From Mobula hypostoma (taxonomy: Eukaryota): a DNA stretch of 64,000 nucleotides. Under the pieces are notes generated by a model that was not told where the DNA came from, did not search any database, and saw only the letters and a program-made list of their open reading frames with translations. The translations under genes and the position numbers were made by a program. Shown here one piece after another: positions 39,635-52,897 of this stretch. The DNA lies in assembly GCF_963921235.1 (NCBI RefSeq), contig NC_086097.1:226922001-226986000 (forward strand), given 5' to 3'. The stretch's first letter is position 1, and the number at the start of each line of letters is the position of its first letter.

Positions 39635-39719
39635 TGATATAATATGTAATATGAATGTAAGGAATGTACAACTGCAGGCTAAGCAAAGAGTTAAGCTGTA
39701 CCACAGAGACAAATTTCAT

Positions 39720-41413
39720 GAGGGTGAAAAATGCAGGACTAAAGGTGCTGCATTTAAATGCATTTTGCATTTGGAATAGGGTGGATAAACTCTTGGTACA
39801 ATTGGAGATTGGTCGGTATGACGTTGTGGGCATGACTGAGTCGTGGCTGAAAGAAGGTCATGGGAGTTTAACATCAAAGGATATACTTTGTATCGAAAGG
39901 ACAGGCAGGAAGGTGTAGGCGATGATGTGGCTCTATTGGTAAGAAATGGAATTCCATCTTTGGAAAGAGGTGACATAGGGTCAGAGAATGTCAAAACTTT
40001 GTGGACGGAGTTAAGAACCTGCAAGGGTCAAAAAAACCCATTATGGGTGTCATATATAGGCCTCCAAATAGTAGCCAAGATGTGGGGTTGAGATTGCAAA
40101 GGGAGCTGGAAAAGGCATGTAATAAGGGTAATGCCACAATTGTAATTGGGGACTTCAATATGCAAGGGGATTGGGAAAATCAGATTGGTGTTGGATCGCA
40201 ATAGAGGGAATTTGTTGAATACCTACGAGATGGCTTTTTAGAGCAGCTTGTGCTTGAGCCTACTCGGGGAAAGGCTATCTTAGATTGGGTGTTGCGCAAT
40301 AACCCAGATTTTGTTGGTTAGTTTAATGTAAAGGAATCCTTAGGAGGCAATGATCACAATATGGTTGAATTCATACTGGAATCTGAAAGGGAGAAGCATA
40401 TGTCACATGAATCAGTATTGCAATGGAATAAAGGGAATTACAGAGGCATGAGAGAGGAGCTTGCGTAGGTGGATTAGAGGAAAATACTGGAGGGGATGAT
40501 GGCAGAGCAGAGGTGGCTGAAATTTCTGGGAATAGTTCACAGAGCGCAGGATTGATAAGTCCCACAGAAGAAGAAGTTCTCAAATGGCAGGGGTAGGCAA
40601 CCGTGGCTGATGAGGGGAGTTAAGGACTGCATAAAAACCAAGGAAAGGGCATAAAAGGAAGCAAAAGTGAGTGGGAAATTGGATGGTTGGGAATAGAATA
40701 TAAAAACAAGGAGATAAAGCTGATCTTAATAAGACAATAGGCAGGTTGCAGTATTGTCAACAGTTTTGGGCCCCTTATCTCAGAAAGGGTGTATTGTTAT
40801 TGGAGGGAGTCTAGAGGAGGTTCACAAGGATGATTCTGGGAGTGAAGGGGTTAACATATGAGGAGCATCTGGCAGCTTTGGGCCTATCCTCACTGGAATT
40901 TAGAAGAATGTCGGGGTGGGGGAATCTCATTGAAATCTACCGAATTTTAAAAGAACTAGATAAGGTGGATCTGAAGAGGATGTTTCCTCTGGTGGGGGTA
41001 TCCCGAACTAGAGGGCACAGCCTCAAAATTGAGGGGTGATCTTTTAGAAGAGAAGTAAGGAGGAATATTTTTCGCCAAAGAGTGGTGAATCTGTGGAAAG
41101 CTCTGCCACAGACTGCGGTGGAGGCCAAGTTCGTGGGTATATTCAAAGTGGAAGTTGATAGAATCCTGATTGGTTGGAGCATCAAGGGATCTGGTGAGAG
41201 AGCAGGTGTATGGGGTTGAATGGGATCTGGGATCAGCCACGATGAAATGGTAGAGTGGACTTGTTGGGCTGAATGGCCTAATTTTGCTGCTATGTCTCAT
41301 GGTGTTATGGTCTTATTGGGGCTGAGACGAAGATTGGATCAGCCATGATGAAATGTTGGAGCAGATGCGATGGGCCAAATTGCCTAATTCTGCTCCTAAA
41401 TCATATGATCTTA
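39720..41413 (+). mobile_element. Internally deleted CR1 (EN joined to 3' end) with a second tail
   Basis: YDVVGMTESWL, YRPPNS and GDFN, then a jump at ~40690 to the C-terminal region. Confidence 0.88.
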
Positions 41414-41684
41414 GTTGTTGTTACTTGGTTCAAGATAAAATAGATTAAATAGCTTGCTAAATTGAAATGAACTAGAAATAAGTATTTCAGTACATCAGCT
41501 TTTACAGTCTGCTTCAAAGTCTGGCAGTTTTCAAGAAATGATGAGAATGAAGAAATACATTGATATATGGCGACTTTCTTTCTAATTGTTTAGTAACTTT
41601 TGCAGTGGTAACATTAAATATTCTCGTTTGGTAAAGTTTCTAAAAGAATGCATTAATGTGAGACGGTTTAATTCAATGGTGATT

Positions 41685-41940
41685 TTTTATTTACACAGAG
41701 TAGTGGGTGCCTGGATTGTACTGCCAGTTTGGTGGTGGAGACAGATACATCAGAGGCGTTTAAGAGACTCTTGAGTAGGTACATGGATGTGTAGAGAATA
41801 GAGGTATATGGCTTTTGTACAGACAGAAAGGATTAGTATACAGTAACTCAGCATCATTAGCTTAATTAACTTGGTACAGCTTCATGAGCTGAAGGGCCAG
41901 TTCATGTCCTGTTTTGTATTGTTCAATGTTCTAAGTTCTA
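41685..41940 (+). mobile_element. CR1 3' end fragment
   Basis: RVVGAW followed by a CR1-type UTR. Confidence 0.65.
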
Positions 41941-42706
41941 AACACCTTCATAACTATGATAATAGTTCTGGTTCAATGGCCTGATTAGATTTCTAGTCAT
42001 TATCTCACTTCTGGTGTAAGTAATATTTTGTATACATACAATATAATTTTCTTATTATCAATAAATAGATAAATAAATTTCCATTTATTGTTATTTGTTT
42101 CTTGATTTTTTTTGCCCCTGAAATGTGACTTCTGTTCTAACTTTTTGAAATCCTTGACTGATCAAAATGGAGAAGGAATATCCAGGAAGGGACTGAAACC
42201 ACCTATTTCTTTGTTGGGGGCACAGGACAGTCTAGTAAAAATGGCAGAGGGAGTACACTACCTCCCATAGTACACATTGGCTTGTCTATTAAACATTAAC
42301 TGTGCACTTATGGCAGCATTGCAGATCCCACATAGCTCTCCTCAGCCAGTTGAGAATTCACAGAAGAGCCATACAAGAAATCACTGAAGTAACTACTGAA
42401 GGAAAAGACCATTAGATTGACCATAATTTTTTGTAGTCTTGCATTCTTTGTGATTGTTTGCAGATTTTAAATTACAAAACATAGTATAAGAACAGTGAAA
42501 TTTGTGAACTCTGCAACATCAATTGATTCAATAGATGTTGGTGTCAATGTATTGTTATATGTATTGTTTATTGTAATGTTATATGTTCATATTTATCAGA
42601 ATTGGCAATCCAGCACATTTTTGACTTTAAAGTGTATTAATATCTTCTTTAAAATCACTAATCTCCTTTTGCATTTTCTATTGAAAAAACAAGAATTTCT
42701 CTGTAA

Positions 42707-43484
42707 ACACAAGAAATCTGCAGATGCTGGAAATTCAAGCAACACACACAAAATGCTGGTGGAATGCAGCAGGCCAGGCAGCATCTATAGGAAGAAATAC
42801 AGTCGACATTTTGGGTCGAGACCCTTCGTCAGGACTAACGGAAAAAAGAGATAGTAAGAGATTTGAAAGTGGGAGGGGGAGGTGGAGACCCGAAATGATA
42901 GGAGAAGACAGGAGGAGGAGGGATGGAGCCAAGAGCTGGACAGGTGATTGGCAAAAGGGATACAAGGCTGGAGAAGGGGGAGTATCATGGGACGGAAGGC
43001 CTTGGAAGAAAGAAGGAGGGAGGGGAGCACCAGAGGAAGATGGAGAACAGGCAAGGAGTGATTGTGAGAGGGACAGAGAGAGAACAAAATAACCAACTAA
43101 ATAAATAAATAATAAATAAGGGATGGGGTAAGAAGGAGAGGAGGGGTATTAACGGAAGTTAGCAAAATCAATGTTCATGCCATCAGGTTGGAGGCTACCC
43201 AGATGGAATATAAGGTATTGTTCCTCCAACCTGAGTGTGGCTTCATCTTTACAGTAGAGGAGGCCATGGATAGATATATCAGAATGGGAATGGGATGTGG
43301 AATTAAAATTTGTGGCCACTGGGAGATGCTGCTTCCTCTGGCGGACAGAGCGTAGGTATTCGTCAAAGCGGTCTCCCAGTCTGCATCGGGTCTCACCAAT
43401 ATATAGAAGGCCACACCGGGAGCACTGGACACAGTATATCACACCAGCAGACTCACAGGTGAAGTGTCTGGAAGGACTGTCTGT
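42707..43484 (-). mobile_element. 5'-truncated PLE family A
   Basis: IYCVQCSRCGLLYIGETR; 12-bp TSD atttctctgtaa at 42695-42706 and 43485-43496. Confidence 0.92.
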
Positions 43485-44139
43485 ATTTCTCTGTAATGTT
43501 GTTTTCCATTTTCATTAGGAACATGTTCTTTCCTAACTTCATCCACCATCATAATGATGAGGAAAATTGTGATTTCCATATTGAAGTACCATAGCCAACC
43601 TTTTTCTATAGTTATTAAGTATATGTAGAATAGCCTTAAAAGTACTTTCTATAGTCAGTTTTCAATTGTTGTTTGAAAGGAGCTAATCTATATATTTAAT
43701 CACATTACTGTTTACAGGTGGCATTTTTTTGGTTACAGAGTTAGTGCCAGGAAAATTCCCATCTTCACCCCTTATACTGAGGTGAATGATTAAAACTGCT
43801 ACCACAATGGTCTTCCCTGTACTTAAAACGTTGGCTGGTTTCCCTCAATGAAATAACTTGCAACCTACCAGTCCAGGTTGAATTTGTTTTCATCCGTTTG
43901 AGTTCAATTGGGTTTTATGAAATGGTAAAAAAAATATTGGTTTAGATTTGCTTCATGATGAGATAAACTAAAGCTATCATTTAGTCCTGGGGTTGTATAT
44001 ATGAGGAGAATTGACATTCATGTAGTATGCACTATCACAACCATGAATTTAGGCAAAACTAACATCTGATGTTTGAAGTTTGACTAATGTTCTAACATTT
44101 TGAAGAATATGTATGATCAGAATAATGAAGAAAATAATT

Positions 44140-44470
44140 CAGGGAAGATCGAGTGGATAGCAAGGATTTTTCCCAGGGCATAAATGGCTAATGCAAGGGG
44201 GCATAATTTTAAGGTGATTGGAGGAAAGTATGAAGAGAATGTTAGTATTTTTTGCTCAGAGTGCGTGTGTGGAATGCCCTGCCAGAGGTGGTAGTAGAGG
44301 CACAGACATTGGAGCGTTTAAGAAACTTTTGGATAGGCAGATGGATGATGGAAACATAGAAAGTTACGTAGAAGGGAAGAGTTAGATTAATCTTAGAGCA
44401 GGTTAAAAGATTGGCACAACATTGTGTGCCAAAGGACCTGTACCATGCTATCATGTTCTATGTTCTATAC
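44140..44470 (+). mobile_element. CR1 3' end fragment
   Basis: ARGHNFKV...WNALPEVVVEA; tail atgttctatgttctat. Confidence 0.8.
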
Positions 44471-44661
44471 CTGGGTAGGCAACCTTAAGCACAAATGATT
44501 TTCTAGCATGTGTTATTCATTAATTTAACTCCAAACCTAACTAGATGTAGTTAAATGGATAATTCCCATTTTTCAAGTTTTTTATGGCATTTATCTGGCC
44601 CCACCGTCTGCTCATTAATACGCGATCCGGCCCACAGAGGCAAAAAGGTTGCCGACCCCTG
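44471..44661. mobile_element. hAT-Charlie-type MITE
   Basis: 8-bp TSD ttctatac with central TA; TIRs ctgggtaggcaacctt / aaggttgccgacccctg. Confidence 0.85.
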
Positions 44662-46221
44662 TTCTATACTGTGGCTTGGCTATCTTGTGGATCAGTGTAA
44701 ATTTTGAACTATTTAGTGAAGTGAAATTGAGGAATAAAATATGAATAAGTTGGTTTGGTTAATTGTAACAGTAACATTTTTATTTAGCTGTGTTACAGTG
44801 TATTTTTGTTTTCAACAAATGAGAATAAAGAATAAAAAATGTAATGAATTTAACATCTTAAAAAGAAGCACTGATTCTCAAAAGTTCATCTTAGACATGC
44901 AGTTCTATCCAGCAGTTTGCTGCAGTGGGATTTGAATTTTCATGTATCTGACAAAATTGTTAATCATTGCTGTGCATTCTGCTTCTTATAAACTGACAGA
45001 GCTGTGTTTACCCTTCTTAATAGCTTCCTTTATTGTTGCTAATTGATTTGCTTCATTATCATATTAAACCTTGATAATATGCCATTAGTGTAGTGGAATG
45101 CAGTAAATGAGCTGTTTGATGCTGGAGCTTAATGAACTAATTAGACTAATTAAAATCAATATGTGTGAAAATATCTAACCAGGAGTTCTGAATGCTACTT
45201 CTATCTGTGGAAGTCACCAACTAAGTAACTGTGATCTAACACTGATTTATGAGTGCCTGATGATCATTAGTTGGAATAAATTGCTTGTAGTAGCAGAAGC
45301 AGTATTATTTCAAGTAGATGATACTAAGTGCATTGTTAGGTCAGCAAACAGGGCAGGCTTACATATGTTGCAGATTGTCACCTTAAGCCCCAGTTCGTAT
45401 ATCAGACTGCTGATGTGAACAATAACTACACACTTGTACTATGTTATTAAATGGCATGAATGAAATTGGTTCTTGATTGTATTTCACTAGTTGAACAAAT
45501 GTTAAACATTAGACTGTTGTTTGCTCCAAATTAATATAATAGTTAGAGAAAAACAAATCTAAAAACATCATTGACAGGTTACTCTTTACAATGTTTCTAA
45601 ATGCTGCTAACAAACCCCACACGTGTTTAATGCATTCACATTTGCTTTGCTTCAGTGAAAGTTTGGTGCTTTGTAAATGAGCTCCATGCACATTTAATAC
45701 TACATTGAAATATTAAATTCTGTAATTTGTCATTATTTTAGTAGTAGGTCATTTCATAAAGTGCTTAGAATTTGGGGAAGAAAATCAAAAGAACAGAAGA
45801 AATGGATGTCAAAGAAATGTGATTTTTGTGTTGCCTGTGGAGGAGTTTTGGGAAAGAGTTGTCTGCATACAGAAATGTCTGAAGGCATAACCATCAATGC
45901 TAAATGAGTACACAGAAGTGATTATTTGGAACAAAGGGAAGAAATAAGATTTGTAGTTTGATACAGCAAGATTCTAGAAATGTGTTGGAATGAGGTCGTG
46001 GAAGGATTTGGAAATTGGGACAAGACTTTCAAAATCAGGTAATCTGGCTTGGATGGGAATTGGGATGAGATAATTTGGAAATTTTGTAATGAGATAGGAA
46101 GCAGGTGCAAGTTTTGGGACAATTGTAATTGGATAAATTCAGGCAGAGAGAGGGAGAATACTGAATTTGAGATGATGACAAATGGAGAAATATATTCAAT
46201 GTAACGTGCAAAAGAATGAAC

Positions 46222-46575
46222 ATCAAAGTTCGAAGTAAATTTATTAGCAAAGCACATACGTATATATATATGTACCATACTTGTGGGCATACTCAGTAAA
46301 TCCAAGAAACATAATAGGAAGACCACACCCAACAGGAAAGAGAAACAACCAATGTGTAAAAGACAACAAACTGTACAAATATAAAAAAAAGAAATAATAA
46401 TGATAAATAAATAAACAACAAATATTGAGAGCATGAGATGAAGAGTCCTTGAAGGTGAGTCCATAGGTTGTAGGAATAGTTCAGTGATTAGGCGAGTGAA
46501 GTTATCCCTTCTGTTTCAAAAGCATGATGGTTGAGGGGTAATAACTGTTCCTGGACCTGGTGGTGTGGGTCCGAA
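46222..46575 (-). mobile_element. Rex1/Babar-type 3' end
   Basis: tgatggttgaggggtaataactgttcctggacctggtggtgtg is shared with 52292-52680. Confidence 0.65.
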
Positions 46576-48300
46576 GGATAGATTTAGGTTTAAAATGTAA
46601 TTTGGGGCTAAGCAGGATCTGTTCATTTTCTGCCAAGATTTGGCTGGTAGAAACGTCAGAAAACAAAAGCATATCCCAATTAGCAACAGTAAGATTTATA
46701 TAGTCTGCAGTGGAGAGCTTATGTTAACTTCTTCATCACTATGCTTTTTAAGTGTAAGTGGGTATTTCTAATAAGCTACTGATTACAAAGTTTGGTGGTC
46801 TTGGTAAAACCTTTTTCTGGTCCATTGCCCTAGTGTGTTCATGTAAAAGGTTTCAGTCCAAGACTGTACAGCCACAGCAGGCATTGCAGCTCTACAACGG
46901 ACTTTCCCACTGCGCACACTATATTTACATTGTCATCAAGGCAGATGGATGCTATCATAAGATTTCATAAGTTCATAAAATTGATAAAATGATACACGTT
47001 GATATGAATTTTATAACTGGGATTAGATAAAACAGATGGGAGAAGATGACTTCCATCCGCCCTTTATTTGTACTTACTATCTTGCAACTATCTCACAATT
47101 GTGAAATTTAAGAAAATAACTGATTAATACAGGCAAATGTTCAACTTTTTTTTTTCTTTTGCACAATTTCATATATTTGGTGGAAGAGAGCAGGATAGCA
47201 AACTATATCGATAGACTTTTTTATACTAAGATTTGGGTTAGAGGCTCAGTAACTATAACCCTGTTCCTGTCAGATATAAATCAAATTTGTGCTGTCTCAT
47301 CAAGTACCTTTTTTAATGTCAATACAAAAGATGGAAACTGGCATAAGTTGGCAGTAAAAATGAGTAAATAACAAAAACAGAGGGGATAAATTTACACCAG
47401 GGCAGTGTTAGGAGTTTGATTTTGCAGGCTTGTCTTCTTCTCCAGAACCGAGAAGAATTAATCATGAAGAAGGGACTTCAAATATCCTTTGAAATCCTTT
47501 CTTCAGTTCTTTATTTCACTGCATAAAACATGAACATATTATTCTGTTATCAGTGCAGTTGTATGAGTTTAGAAATTAGGATTTTTCACAATTCTAGCTA
47601 ATTCAATCACAATTTTTGATTATATATTGGTAGCAATCCAATTATTGTCCTTCATGTACTGTGAACTGTTAACTTTTATTAGATCATTGTAGTGCCATGC
47701 TTTTGAGTTATTGGATGCTATCATCTAAGATCACCTTGATTAATGAAACTTTTAAGACCTACTTTAAGATATAGACCAGTTTGGATCTTTTGATGTTGCC
47801 ATGGTATTCAGCCATTTTATTTAGTCTGTTCTTGTCATAGTGTTGGGTTTTAACATCTGATTTTATACCACTGCTTAATGATAGGTTTTTACATCTGTAC
47901 TTATGCTAGTGTTTATTAATGATGCATTATACTTTTGAGTTGAACTGTATTAATTGGCAGGAAGTACAGGCTTAAAAATATAAATTGTCTAGGCCAGTTA
48001 TTGGCTTGTTGAGTACAGTATACAATAAAGATTGGCATTATTTATCATCCCCAGAGTTTGTGTAAGAATAATGTTGTACTGGATGTCCAAGCCTGTTTTA
48101 AATGTATCATGAAGAAGGTGAACCAAATAGAACTTGATCTATTTCCTCCAGTGATTTCTGACTTCCTTTTGTTAATAGATGTTTTACTTCAAGTCATCCT
48201 ATTCCGTGTTAGAGTTCCATGAATATTCTGCAAATAAATATTGTCTTAAAGGAAACTAACAACATTTCTTTCACCACATTTCTTTTCTTATGCTCTTCAG

Positions 48301-48371
48301 TTTTCCAGTCTTAACTTGAGAAGTATTCAGCTGGAGAAAGTTGCAAGTCCAGCATTTCATAGTTCAATCAT
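48301..48371 (+). CDS. Candidate host-gene exon C, 71 nt, phase 0 to 2 (FSSLNLRSIQLEKVASPAFHSSI)
   Basis: Strong acceptor ttcttttcttatgctcttcag; donor AT|gtaagt; open frame. Confidence 0.55.
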
Positions 48372-50226
48372 GTAAGTGTGGAGCTATATAAATTTAGTCT
48401 AACTTTAGTTGTTTTTGTTAGTATTACTAAGTACTCTAAGATTGAATAGAAATAACTTGATCTGTGCTTCGGTATACTATAGGCCCAACCAGCAATCTTT
48501 AATAGACTGTAGGAGGCTGCTCTACAAAAGGCTAATTTGCAGTTTTTAACTTTGTGACCAAATATGTTCCTGCAGAGTCTACAAAGAAATCCTGTCTCAC
48601 TGCTGGCTCATTTGGTTCTCCATTTAGGATTTTTTTCCCCTCCTATCCGTAGACCTGATCTCTTGTCTTCTCTGACTAGTTCAATATTCAGTTGAACCGC
48701 ATCATGTGTTTTTAACCTTAAAGGTACAGGAGGGCATCAGTTTGGCATATAATGTTTGCTGCATTAAAGCTGATATGTCACCAACCAAATAGATTTTGGT
48801 CAAAAGTCATTTTTTTCCTTCCAATAACTTGTGCTTCCAGAAAGAGCCACACACTCCATTGTAATCTTGTAAATATTTTTGTATCTCCCTGTTTTAAATG
48901 ATACAAGCTTAAAGGTGGTCTGGTTGTAGATTTTAACATGAAAAGATTGCTGCTGTGGTTATATTCCCTACTTGTATTAGACTGCATTTACATAGGATCA
49001 GTTAGTGTGACAACAGGCAATGAATATGAAACTTCTTGAAGTATTTGTTGTGGGCTTAAAAACATTGGAGTTCTCTCTGTTGTTTAGCCTTCCTCAGCTG
49101 GAAAAAATTGACATCTGCTGGTTTGGCACTTGACTGAATAGTTGTCAGCAGCAGGGTAGCTGCATTCAGTAGCAGTTGGCTAGATGGCTGCATGCCAGCT
49201 TGTACCATCTGTGCACCTGACATTTCCTTCTAATTAACAAAAGGGTTAATTGTTCTGGCAGCCTCAAATGTAGTGTCTAACATTACCCAAGGGAGAAATG
49301 TACAAGTGCAGGAGTGGCAGGGGAGTGGAGATGGCGGACCTAACATGCCATTTTCAAACAATAGTTAACAGCAACTGGTTTTACTGGCCAGGCATTTGCA
49401 ATAAGGTTGAACATTTTCTTGATAAATTATCCCAGGCTTAGATAGATATAGAGAGAATTGTGCCAGCAAGGGAAAGACCACTGCTTGAGGCAATTATGGA
49501 GGAACAATTTGCATCCTATTACTGTATATTCCAACCTAATTTTGTTAGGTTGTGTTAATAGGATAGTATGACAGACAGAAAGCCCAGCATCAAGTGTATT
49601 GTCAATAAAGGTTTTGGGCTTCCTCTTTGTGTCAGTAGCGAATAATAATTATTTAGATACAGATGTAAAAAGTGACAGTGCAAACATTTGTTAGCCAGAT
49701 AATCTAATTTTATAAAGCTGTAATTTGTGAGCTTTGTTTCAGATAATAGTCAGTGTGGTAATGGTGTAAAGTTCACTGCAATTAAAATATGAAATAGTCT
49801 GAAATGAGCAAAATATATATTAAGGTATTGGCATTCTCTCAATTATTATGCTCTCAGGTTTGAATTCTATGCGCTTTTTTGATTAAACCAAGATATTAAA
49901 ATAAAGTTTAGTTTTTAAATAGAATTTTAATGCTTAATTATGTAGTTACAGTTACTAATTACAAATATAGATACATCAATTTATGCTTTGTTAATATACA
50001 AACATATTAACTAGTGTTAGTTATATTACGTACCAGAGAGATGCTATAAATTGGAAATACATTAACATAATTAGTGTAAGAGCAATTAAAAAAGGAAGTA
50101 TGATGATCAAAATAATGCATGAGGTGATTAATAATTAGCAATGTATTTGCATTATATTTTAAATACATAAAGAAAGGGAAATTATTTTATGTTGACTATG
50201 AACTATAGCTATATATTTCTATCTAG

Positions 50227-50359
50227 AAGGAAAAAATCAGAAATCTCAGAGCCCCTTCTGGGAGGAAAATTTCATTTGGAAACCAATGATATGATGGGTA
50301 GAAGTCTTCATGAGGAATTAAAAGATGCATGGTGTGACTGTGAACAAAGTGAGCTCGAG
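50227..50359 (+). CDS. Candidate host-gene exon D, 133 nt, phase 2 to 0 (RKKSEISEPLLGG...RSLHEELKDAWCDCEQSELE)
   Basis: Acceptor tttctatctag; donor GAG|gtatgt; phase matches exon C. Confidence 0.55.
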
Positions 50360-50547
50360 GTATGTTTATTTTTCTTCTTTCACTGATAATATGTGTAGCA
50401 GAAGAGAAAGGGAACACAGTAGGCCAGTCAGTCTTTGTGGAGAGAATAATCAAGTGAAAGTACTTTGTATGAAGGCTCTTTCTCATTGAGGGCCTGTGTC
50501 CAAATGTTAGCCCAAAACTTGCTTCCTCTACTGACCTACATAATTAG

Positions 50548-52002
50548 CAGACATCCCACCTCTCGCGGAAGTTTCGGGAGTCTCCCGCATATTGATAGTG
50601 GCTTTCTGATGGCCGGAAATTATATACAATATCCCAGAAATGGATTTTTTTGAGAGGGAGAGGGAGAGCAAGAGCGAGAGCGAGCATCCTGATTGGTCTC
50701 CCTTTGTGCTAAGAGTGGTCCCCAACCACCGGGCCACGAGGAAACGATATGAAACGATATGAGTCAGCTGCACCTTTCCTCATTCCCTGTCACTCCCACC
50801 GTTGAACTTGAACGTACACGAGGTCATTACCCACGCGCCAACCATGTCAGTGCGGGAAGAAGATCAACTCCTTGAGTTTGCAAATGACGGTGGGCTGAAA
50901 AGTATGTTTGACATAACATCTCTGCTGGCATTCTGGATCAAAGTCAAAGCTGAATATCCTAAGATAGCCATGGAAGCACCGAAGACGTTGCTTCCATTTC
51001 CAACATCATAGCTCTGTGAAGCGGAGTTTTCTGCAATGAATGCAACGAAAACTAAATTGCGGAATAGACTGGACATAAGGAACCCCCTTCGAGTATCGCT
51101 GTCTCCCATCACCCCTCGATGGCACCGTCTTGTTGCAGGGAAACAAGCCCAGGGCTCCCACTGATTCAGCGATATTGGTGTGTTGCAATGATTTTATATG
51201 TTCATACCAGGAAAATATGCGCTGTGTGTTTAATATCCAAACATTACTTAAAATGTTATGATGTTATTGACTTATAAGTGACTTATAATTGACATCACTA
51301 TATTCATGCAAGGAAAATATGCGCTGTGTGTTTAATATTAAATTCGTTAGATAAACCCTTTTAGAAACGAAATTGAGTGTATTAGCCACTTACAGGTAAC
51401 TTATAGTTGACTTATCACCTATATTCCAGTCGTGATTAACACACTCCACCCCTCCTCCCATCAGCCGGTCCACAACAATATTGTCAATATTAAACTGATC
51501 AACTGATCCGTGGTGCAAAAAAGGTTGGGGACCCCTGCAAGTAGACCTATCAGTTTTCTCTATGGGTGGGCTTTACAGTCGACTTCAAAAATAATGACAG
51601 TGTTGCTTGCTGCACTGTTTGCAACAGTGACTTTTCTATTGCCCATGGTGGGTTAAAATGTAAAAGCCATGTTGATGTGAGTTTAACAGGTGTCATTCGA
51701 TTATTAGCATAGCTAACGTTGATGTCTATTGATGTCCTACGTGATGAGGCCAAACTCCCTGTAGACTTGCTTAAAGTGGTAATAGAATAAGGGTGATAAT
51801 ATAATATAATATAAGTTCATATTTTAATGTCACATTTTCTGCATATACCCAACTTGGTTTACAGATTAGACAAAATCACTAAGCAAAGTATTACATACAC
51901 CCTTGGAGGTCGACCGGGGGTGGGGGGGGGGGAAGATATGGGGTTGTGGGGGGGCGGGGGTGCTACCTCCCTGAAATGAGTTTTTGCAGGGTGGGATGTC
52001 TG
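50548..52002. mobile_element. Non-autonomous DNA transposon with 13-bp TIRs and 6-bp TSD
   Basis: Perfect TIR cagacatcccacc / ggtgggatgtctg; aattag at 50542-50547 and 52003-52008. Confidence 0.82.
50713..51537 (+). mobile_element. hAT-Charlie (Charlie3/MER1-like) deletion derivative, nested
   Basis: TIRs gagtggtccccaacc / ggttggggacccctg; dimerisation domain FWIKVKAEYP...LLPFPTS*LCEAEFS...KQAQGSH. Confidence 0.9.
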
Positions 52003-52291
52003 AATTAGTATGACTTTACCATTTCCAGTTGCAACAGTTTTGATATTGCTGCAAGACATACCAATTCCAAATGCCAAAGCCCTCTGTGATAGCAGGGTAT
52101 CATGCAGTGTAATAGTGCATGGTGGACAAGCCTGTTCAAGCTTTGCATGTGTATCAGCAAAATTGACAACCTGCAAAATCTTGCTCCAAACTATCAAGGG
52201 GTTTGAAAGTTTCTGAATTACCTTGACATTCAATACAATGAAAAAATATAAAAAAAACAAAAAAAAACAGTGAAATGCTCTAAGGTTCACA

Positions 52292-52680
52292 GTTGAAGAT
52301 AAAATTTATTATCAGAATACATACATGTCACCACATACAGCCCTGAGATTCTTTTTCTGTGGGGATACTTAGCAAATCTATAGAACAGTAACTGTAAACA
52401 ATTTGTGCAAATGCAGATAGTAAATAAATAGCAATAAAGAATGAGCATGTAACAACATGATAAAAGAGTCCTTAAATGAGTGTAGCTATCCCCTTTTGTC
52501 CAAGAGCCTGATGGTTGAGGGGTAGTAACTGTTCTTGAACCTAGTGATGTGAGTCCTGAGGCACCTGTACCTTCTACCAGTTGGTACCAGTGAGGAAAGA
52601 GCATGGCCTGAGTGGTGAGGATCTTTGATGAATGCTGCTTTTCTACAGCAATGTTTCATGTTGATGTGTTCAATGGTTAA
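52292..52680 (-). mobile_element. Rex1/Babar-type 3' end
   Basis: ORF remnant LFPHWYQLVEGTGASGL; UTR similar to 46222-46575. Confidence 0.7.
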
Positions 52681-52897
52681 AGTGCTCAGAGTGATTTTAA
52701 ATTAAAGTGATGAGCTAAAAAATAAATTGTCTAATATTTAGGCAATTTCCTTGCAGCTGTCTTCTCCATTGACTATAACTTGGCAGCAGTTTAGCAGGCA
52801 GATACCGCACTGTAAGTGTTGCGGAACTGCAGCAGGTTGTTGCTCTACTGCCGGATTTCATAAGGAGTCCAGTGATGGAGCACAGTCAGCAAAAATG

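Noticed and set aside
39043..39833. Long minus-strand ORFs with repeated MLEIQA/MLVNAAGQA peptides
   Set aside because: Antisense translations of PLE terminal repeats and CR1
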